Assembly: GCA_010093995.1 (NCBI GenBank)
Contig: ML992502.1
Location: 985,001-1,049,000, forward strand
Direction: 5' to 3'
DNA: 64,000 bases
Source: Elsinoe ampelina
Taxonomy: Eukaryota
In this document: positions 59,364-64,000 of the stretch, one piece after another
Layout of the letters: the number at the start of each line of letters is the position of its first letter
How positions within the stretch are numbered: position 1 is the first letter of the stretch
Translations under genes and position numbers: made by a program
Notes under the pieces: model-generated
The model's database searches: none
Seen by the model: only the letters and a program-made list of their open reading frames with translations
Told to the model about the DNA's origin: nothing

Positions 59364-60538
59364 GGGAATATGTGAGACTGGACTGGTTTGGCGCGTGAGG
59401 AATGAGGTGATTCTGAGCTGCAGCTGAGGCAGCGGCGAGTTCTGCTAATTATACAGCCCGCGGTAGCTTGCTGAGACGATGGCAAATGTCACAAGACGGC
59501 AACGTTTGTGAATGCTTGTGATGTTGGTAGAATGAAGTGAAACGCTGATAGTTTGTGCAACAGCACATGAAGATTGATTGACAAGAAGAAATTCAGGCAG
59601 ACTCACCTTGGAAGCTTGTCGAGGTCCCAGAACAGTCATGCGTCGAGGCTCCAAAGGTGGGAGCTCCCGTTCAGCTACAGCACAAGGAGGGGCAGTCACG
59701 GCCCACATCTCACTTCTCAATGGAGAGTAAAATGAGCCTCTGCACCGCCGCACTCATGCCACACGCGTAGACTAGCCACAGTCGGTCATGCCGCTATCAC
59801 TTCAAGTATCACCGAAGCAGTCAGACCAGTTGAGGCACAGTCATTGCCTTTGTATCCAGATTGTTTGTGACGGAAGGTCCGAGTGCTCACTTTAAACACC
59901 ATGCCATGGGTCCGCAGATCGTCAGGAGCAAGCGAAATGATGAATCTTCAACGAACCCCGTCGTTCTCACCGGAGCATTGGGGCCGGAAACTCTATTGAC
60001 CGCAGGGATCCACCGTTTTTCTTTTTTGGCTCCACCCGCATGAACCTGAACTGAACAGAAGCCGGAAAGACAGTTGGGACTTCCATTGATAGCACGGCCC
60101 TCTTTCACATGCACGACATTTCCTATTCCTTTCTCCTTTTGCGCCACCGACATGTCTCGTCCATCACTTGTTGAGGAGACAGCCATGCGGTGGAAAACGG
60201 CATGTTGGCGTGGGATCTTCCAGTCCATCGTCATTGACCCGGACGCCTCCCGCCGCATCCCCCAGGCCAATTTCTGGTCCTGATCGTGGTCCCTGAACCA
60301 AGGGCTGGAGATGATGGACCCCAGATAAACTCCACACAACCACCTCCCACGCCCTGTTCTCCTACGCAACACATCCCCTTGACGTGCGGCTCAGCGATTG
60401 ATGCAATTGAGCGTGCATGGCCTACGCAGCATGATCACACCCAAGGGGTAGCTGCAAGCCAATCTTTGTGGCTGTCCGACTTGCGATCTTCCCTTCCTCC
60501 AGCCTCAAACATCGCGCCGTCGTCGTCATACCCAGTCA

Positions 60539-61007
60539 ATGGGTTACTTCTCACTGCTACCCGAACGATTGGGCTACATCGAGCAGGGCATATCCTACAT
60601 CTTCGTACCGCGCAACCACACCCACCGACTTGGCCCTCACTGACCTCCACCAGATCTTCCTCGGCGTCATCACCATCGGACCATGGCTTCTCATCTTCTT
60701 TTATGACCTTGTACTATACATGTGGCGCGCCATGACCCACGACGTACCCTTTGTCGGAGGCGCCGCATACGGCAAACACCGCCCACGCGCCCCGAGTCTA
60801 GTCACCAGACCCAATGGCCATCGGCGACGCTTTAGTTTGGCAGCCCTATCGGTAGACCTGACGCAATTTACCATACCCGAGGACGAGAATGAGGATAATG
60901 CGGAACGAAACGACAGCCTGGTCGACAGTGGACCGGAGAGCGACTACAGGAGACGGAAGAATATCATGAGGCAAGAGTCCGAGGATCATGTCATTGTCGA
61001 GGACTGA
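60539..61007 (+). CDS. Small fungal membrane protein
   Basis: Exon 1 MGYFSLLPERLGYIEQGISYIF, intron 60605..60653, then IFLGVITIGPW...YDLVLY.WR...P.VGG.A.G..RPRAPSL..RPNGHRRRFSL. Confidence 0.78.
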
Positions 61008-61098
61008 TTAGGAAGTGTCGTTGGCGACATTTGTATCTACCATATGTGCATGAAGAGTATAATGGGTATCTACGTCACTGGACGCCGCAGTACTGCGA

Positions 61099-62573
61099 TC
61101 ATCCCTCCTCTTCCTCGACTGCGATTTCAACGTCTGCGCTGCCTCGCCGGCCCCAGTTGGCTGGTTGTCGCTTCAGGAAGGCTCCGACTGCTCCTAGGTA
61201 GCCTTCGTGCCGGAGAAAGTATGCCTGTTTCTGCCCTTTGCTCCAGAACTTGATGGCGAATGACAAGGTGTGAATGGTTTGGCGGTGGCCGCGGATGAAG
61301 GAGCCTCCAAAGTAGATGCGTTGCAGGTTGTGCTTTTCAGACTGCAAGTATGCGATTTGGCCGATGTTGTTACTACATCATCGTCAGCTTGAATCCGTAT
61401 ATGCTTGAAGACGAGCACCCACCTGACAGCGTACAAAAGACTCCTCGAAATGTCTTCCGTCTTGAACATCCGACCATCACCCACCTCCGCCCTCCTCTTC
61501 GACTCCTGCCTATCCGCCTGACTCCCATTCCCATTCACCGCATCCCCATCGCCATTACTCAACCACTTCCCATCCTCAGCATCCCTCTCCGCCTCCCTCT
61601 TCAACTTGAACACCTTCCCAAAACTACTCGCAATCGTCCTCTCACTCAACCCAATCTTCTCATACCCCATGCCAGCCCCATATATATCCCCCACCAACAA
61701 ATCCACCGCCGCATTATCCCCCTTCTCACTCATCGCCAACATCTCATCAAACGTCCTCGCCCCCGTGAGCAAACTCAACAATCCCCACAGCGTTCCGCCT
61801 CCCAAACTCGTCCCTCCAATCCGCTGATACCTCCCCACCCCTTCCACCTTGATCATACTCACCCCACTCCCGATATTCACCAGTAAGTACGGGTACACAT
61901 CCTCCTGCTCCTCGAGATACCGCATGGGCTCCTCCTCCCCGTCATCGTAGCTGAAAACCTCGCGGGGTATCTCCGTGATGAAGAAATCCAGCCCGCGGAT
62001 CAAGCACTCCATCTCGTCTTCCCGGATCACGTCCACGCCCCCGAGCCGCGACCGTATGCGGTCGTAGTACTTGAACGCCCCGCCGCCCGTGGCCATGACG
62101 CAGAGTTTCTCCCGCTTGGAGGACGAGGACGAGGTGCGCCCGGCGCGGCGGCGTTGTTGCTCTTCCAGCCCGCGGAGGAACTCGATGCAAGCGTCGATTT
62201 TGTCGGTTTCGAAGCGGAGGAAGTGGAGCCGGCCGCCTTTTCCTTTGGACTTGGACTTGCTCTTTCCGTTGGCCGGCTCTTCCGTTTCTGGCGCAAAGTA
62301 GACGACTTTGGCCAGGCTGCCGCCTATGTCGGCTGCCACGTGGGAGACGAGGCCCGTGTGGTTGGGGAGCCGGATGTCGCGCTTGTCTTGCTCGAAGGCG
62401 GGTTCTTCGCTCGAGGAGGTGGGGGAGGATGCGCCGGAGGAGGGAGGGGAGGAGGTGGTGATGTAGGCTCCCGAGACGTTGATTTTGATGCTGCCTGGTT
62501 CGAGGATGGCCGTGGCCATTTCGCTGGCCGTGGAGGAGAGGCGGCGGCGTTTGGAGGGGCGGGGGGAGGGCAT
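61099..62573 (-). CDS. CAB1: Pantothenate kinase, eukaryotic type II (fumble family)
   Basis: [66 protein letters not shown]; intron 61373..61422; NNIGQIAYL...[10 protein letters not shown]...[14 protein letters not shown]. Confidence 0.96.
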
Positions 62574-62948
62574 GGTTGTTGGGTTTGGTGGGGTAGGTAT
62601 GGGGAGTTCAGATGGGCATTGAGGTTGGGGAGGTAGGCATTGGGTTTGGTGAGCGTAAATAGGAGAAGGAGGGAGGATCGTGGAAGGGTTTCAACAGGTG
62701 CAGATGGCAGACGGAGTGGATTTGAAGTGGTCGCGTGGGCTGATGATAGCTTGAGCTGGTCTGCCCCATTGGCCCGAGATTTTGGTCGGGCCTCGGGAGT
62801 GGGTTGATGTAATTTTAACAGGAGCCGGGATGTAGGGCCGGTCTGCCGCTCATGCCATATACCAGTGCATTGCTTACAAGTTATAAGCTTACGATCATCG
62901 GTTGGATCAGAAATTCTAAGTATTATAATGGTATCATCTGTCTCTCAT

Positions 62949-64000
62949 CTAGAACCCCGTGTCATACCCTTGGCCGATCGTGCTCAAGCTCTTCTGGTCG
63001 GCACTGACGAGATTACCGACATGCTGACCCGGCGCTCCAGCCATGTACCAGGCATACTTCTCGACGAAAGTTGCTTGAGTATCGAGGTGGGCAAACACAT
63101 TTGTCACAAAAGCATTCACCTCCGCATCAGTCCCAGAGTTGAGGCCGAATTCAGTGATCCAGATGGGGTAATTTCCGCCGCCGACAGTGTCGTGCGTGTA
63201 GTACAGTTGGCTGTAAAAGCTGTCGAAATCGTTGGGTCCGCCGTACCAGTGGATAGGAATGAAGTCGATCTTGCAGTCCGAGCACGCTGCCAGGAACTTG
63301 ACCAGCCAGTCATTGCCAATGTTGAGACCTTGTCCATTGGTCACGGCGGGGGCACCAAGTCTGAACCCTTGCGCCTTGAGCGGAGTGATATACTGGCGGT
63401 AAGCTGTCACTGCATCAGCGACGCTCATACACGAAGAACCAGCGCCATCAACGCAGAGATCTGGTTCGTTGAATCCGAGAACTTCGGTCCATCCTTTTGC
63501 CTTGGCGGCAGCAACGTTCGTGGCCCACACATCGGTGAGGTCAGACGCTGCGCTCCACAACATAGGCACGAACTGCAGGTTGGGATGGAGGGGCGCTTGC
63601 TGGGCGCCGAGCTTGGGATCATGAGGCGCACTGAACCAGTTGTATGCCCAGCTGACTTTGGATGTGCCAGCCGAACATGTGGTTGAAAAGAAATTCGTGA
63701 CGGGCGTGTAGTTGTAGGCGAGGCCTCGTTTGCCACTACCAGCAGTTGGACGACAGCTGGAGCTTGTGGTCGTTGTGGTGCTTGAAGTAGTTGTTGTGGT
63801 CGTTGTGGTCGTCGTTGGTGGACTTGTGGTTGTCGTTGTGGTTGTCGTAGTTGTAGGGCGAGTCGTGGTCGTTGTGGTGCGCGAAGTAGTTGTTGTGGTC
63901 GTCGTAGTGGTCGTCGTTGGTGGACGTGTGGTTGTCGTTGTGGTTGTCGTAGTTGTAGGGCGGGTCGTGGTCGTACTGGTAGTCGTCGAAGAGCTGGTAG
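62949..64000 (-). CDS. GH128 (Asl1-like) beta-1,3-glucanase with Thr-rich stalk; 5' end beyond the window
   Basis: KRGLAY...SWAYNW...FVPMLW...LGFNEPD...LGAPAV...DFIPIHWY...PIWITEFG...VEKYAWY. Confidence 0.92.
   Translation of the reverse strand, partial: TSSSTTTSTTTTRPTTTTTTTTTTRPPTTTTTTTTTTTSRTTTTTTRPTTTTTTTTTTSPPTTTTTTTTTTSSTTTTTSSSCRPTAGSGKRGLAYNYTPVTNFFSTTCSAGTSKVSWAYNWFSAPHDPKLGAQQAPLHPNLQFVPMLWSAASDLTDVWATNVAAAKAKGWTEVLGFNEPDLCVDGAGSSCMSVADAVTAYRQYITPLKAQGFRLGAPAVTNGQGLNIGNDWLVKFLAACSDCKIDFIPIHWYGGPNDFDSFYSQLYYTHDTVGGGNYPIWITEFGLNSGTDAEVNAFVTNVFAHLDTQATFVEKYAWYMAGAPGQHVGNLVSADQKSLSTIGQGYDTGF
63766..63966 (-). repeat. About 100-bp tandem duplication encoding Thr-rich linker
   Basis: Two near-identical units (63766..63864 and 63865..63966) encoding TRPTTTTTTTTTT(R/S)PPTTT...TS(R/S)TTTT. 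Confidence 0.85.

Overview
Eukaryotic, filamentous-ascomycete DNA: gene-dense, about 50-nt GT-AG introns with CTRAC branch points. The protein set suggests Pezizomycotina, probably a Dothideomycete (inference). About 28 protein-coding genes are supported. Housekeeping genes: AOS1, SARAF, PBN1, TRS23, a CYSTM protein, a DevR/Esc1-like bHLH factor, TPA1, a Vba-like MFS transporter, VPS10, AMD1, a GT8, an AKR7-like reductase, a GRF zinc-finger protein, YEA4, CDC55 and CAB1. Secreted or cell-wall genes: CRH/GH16, a stand-alone AA8 cytochrome, GH128 and a small Cys-rich effector-like protein. There is one 40-N gap. I found no tRNA, rRNA, CRISPR array or intact transposon. Unexplained signals: (1) 20 exact copies of CTGGTAG/CTACCAG, in both orientations, across about 2 kb covering the upstream region, CDS and downstream region of a divergent BTB-like gene; (2) a dozen kilobase-scale C/A-rich to G/T-rich skew switches that ignore gene orientation and rewrite synonymous codons; (3) an accessory patch at about 6.1-11 kb with a Gag-like orphan ORF and decayed gene remnants; (4) an uncharacterised protein with seven RKFxVxPVET motifs. 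Gene names come from recognised motifs, not database searches, and exon boundaries were read by eye.
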